Assembly (NCBI GenBank): GCA_005191425.1
Contig: SUPR01000147.1
Span: 1-6,706, forward strand
Reading direction: 5' to 3'
Source: Candidatus Helarchaeota ASGARD archaeon Hel_GB_B
Lineage (GTDB): Archaea > Asgardarchaeota > Lokiarchaeia > Helarchaeales > HEL-GB-B
Length of the DNA: 6,706 nucleotides
Position 1 is the first letter of the stretch. The number at the start of each line of letters is the position of its first letter. The notes under the pieces are model-generated. The model was not told the origin of the DNA. It searched no databases and worked only from the letters and a program-made list of their open reading frames with translations. This document shows positions 6,201-6,706 of the stretch, piece by piece. Position numbers and translations under genes: made by a program.

Positions 6201-6706
6201 TGACTTTATCAACAATTATTTTTGAATATTAAAAATTATAAATTAATTGATGTTTAATTGAAATTAATATAATTTTTTTTATTTTTGTTAAATGGGCGAT
6301 TTTTTGAGATTTTTTCAATTCCATTGCCCGACAAAAATATATAAGTGAAATTTGTTATAGTCCCTTTTACTATTAGTATCAATTTAAAAAGACTTTTTTG
6401 GTTTTACAATTGGATTTTAAAATCAACTTTAAGGTTTGAACCAATAAAATAGGTATTTATCGACCCTTACTGGAATTCCTACTGGTATCTATTATTTACT
6501 TCAATAATTATGATAGAATTCTTCCTTCTACTCATACCAAAAGACATTTATATACAATAGAAGGATTCAGCTAGGTAGATATAATTTAGGGTGTGATGAT
6601 TATTCCTAAACAAAGTAGATTTTTTCAACACATTTCAATTGAAGTGAATGGAGCTATTAGCAAGATAAAGATCCCGATTTATTGTCCCAACCCTACAGGT
6701 AATTGT

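Noticed and set aside
1-6706. CRISPR array, IS element, tRNA or rRNA
   Set aside because: No regularly spaced repeats, transposase or integrase motifs, terminal inverted repeats or RNA-gene signatures were seen.

Overview
AT-rich window, probably archaeal. That assignment is inference from a GGAGTTGA SD-like motif and N-x-T sequons in membrane proteins. Positions 1-5388 read as a scrambled array of cassettes from one unrecognised membrane-protein family. Each cassette has an N-terminally truncated, GC-richer conserved module, then a divergent AT-rich multi-TM C-terminal tip, and, where visible, an AT-rich multi-TM partner gene. Copy 1 (minus strand, ~880 to the left edge) is missing from the ORF track. 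It is 143/189 aa identical (hand count, ungapped) to the N-terminal part of the 2742-4199 ORF (copy 2). The two copies share a perfect 46-bp inverted block exactly at the conserved/variable boundary. A probable third tip (886-1672) is split at an (AT)6 tract and joined head-to-head with copy 1. A 33-bp relic of a further module follows the last partner gene. The layout resembles polymorphic toxin/immunity or self/non-self identity cassette arrays, but no known domain, recombinase or full-length gene is visible in the window. On the right is a convergent KapD/ERI-1-like DEDDh 3'-5' exonuclease with an atypical ExoIII motif, then ~500 bp with no clear gene.
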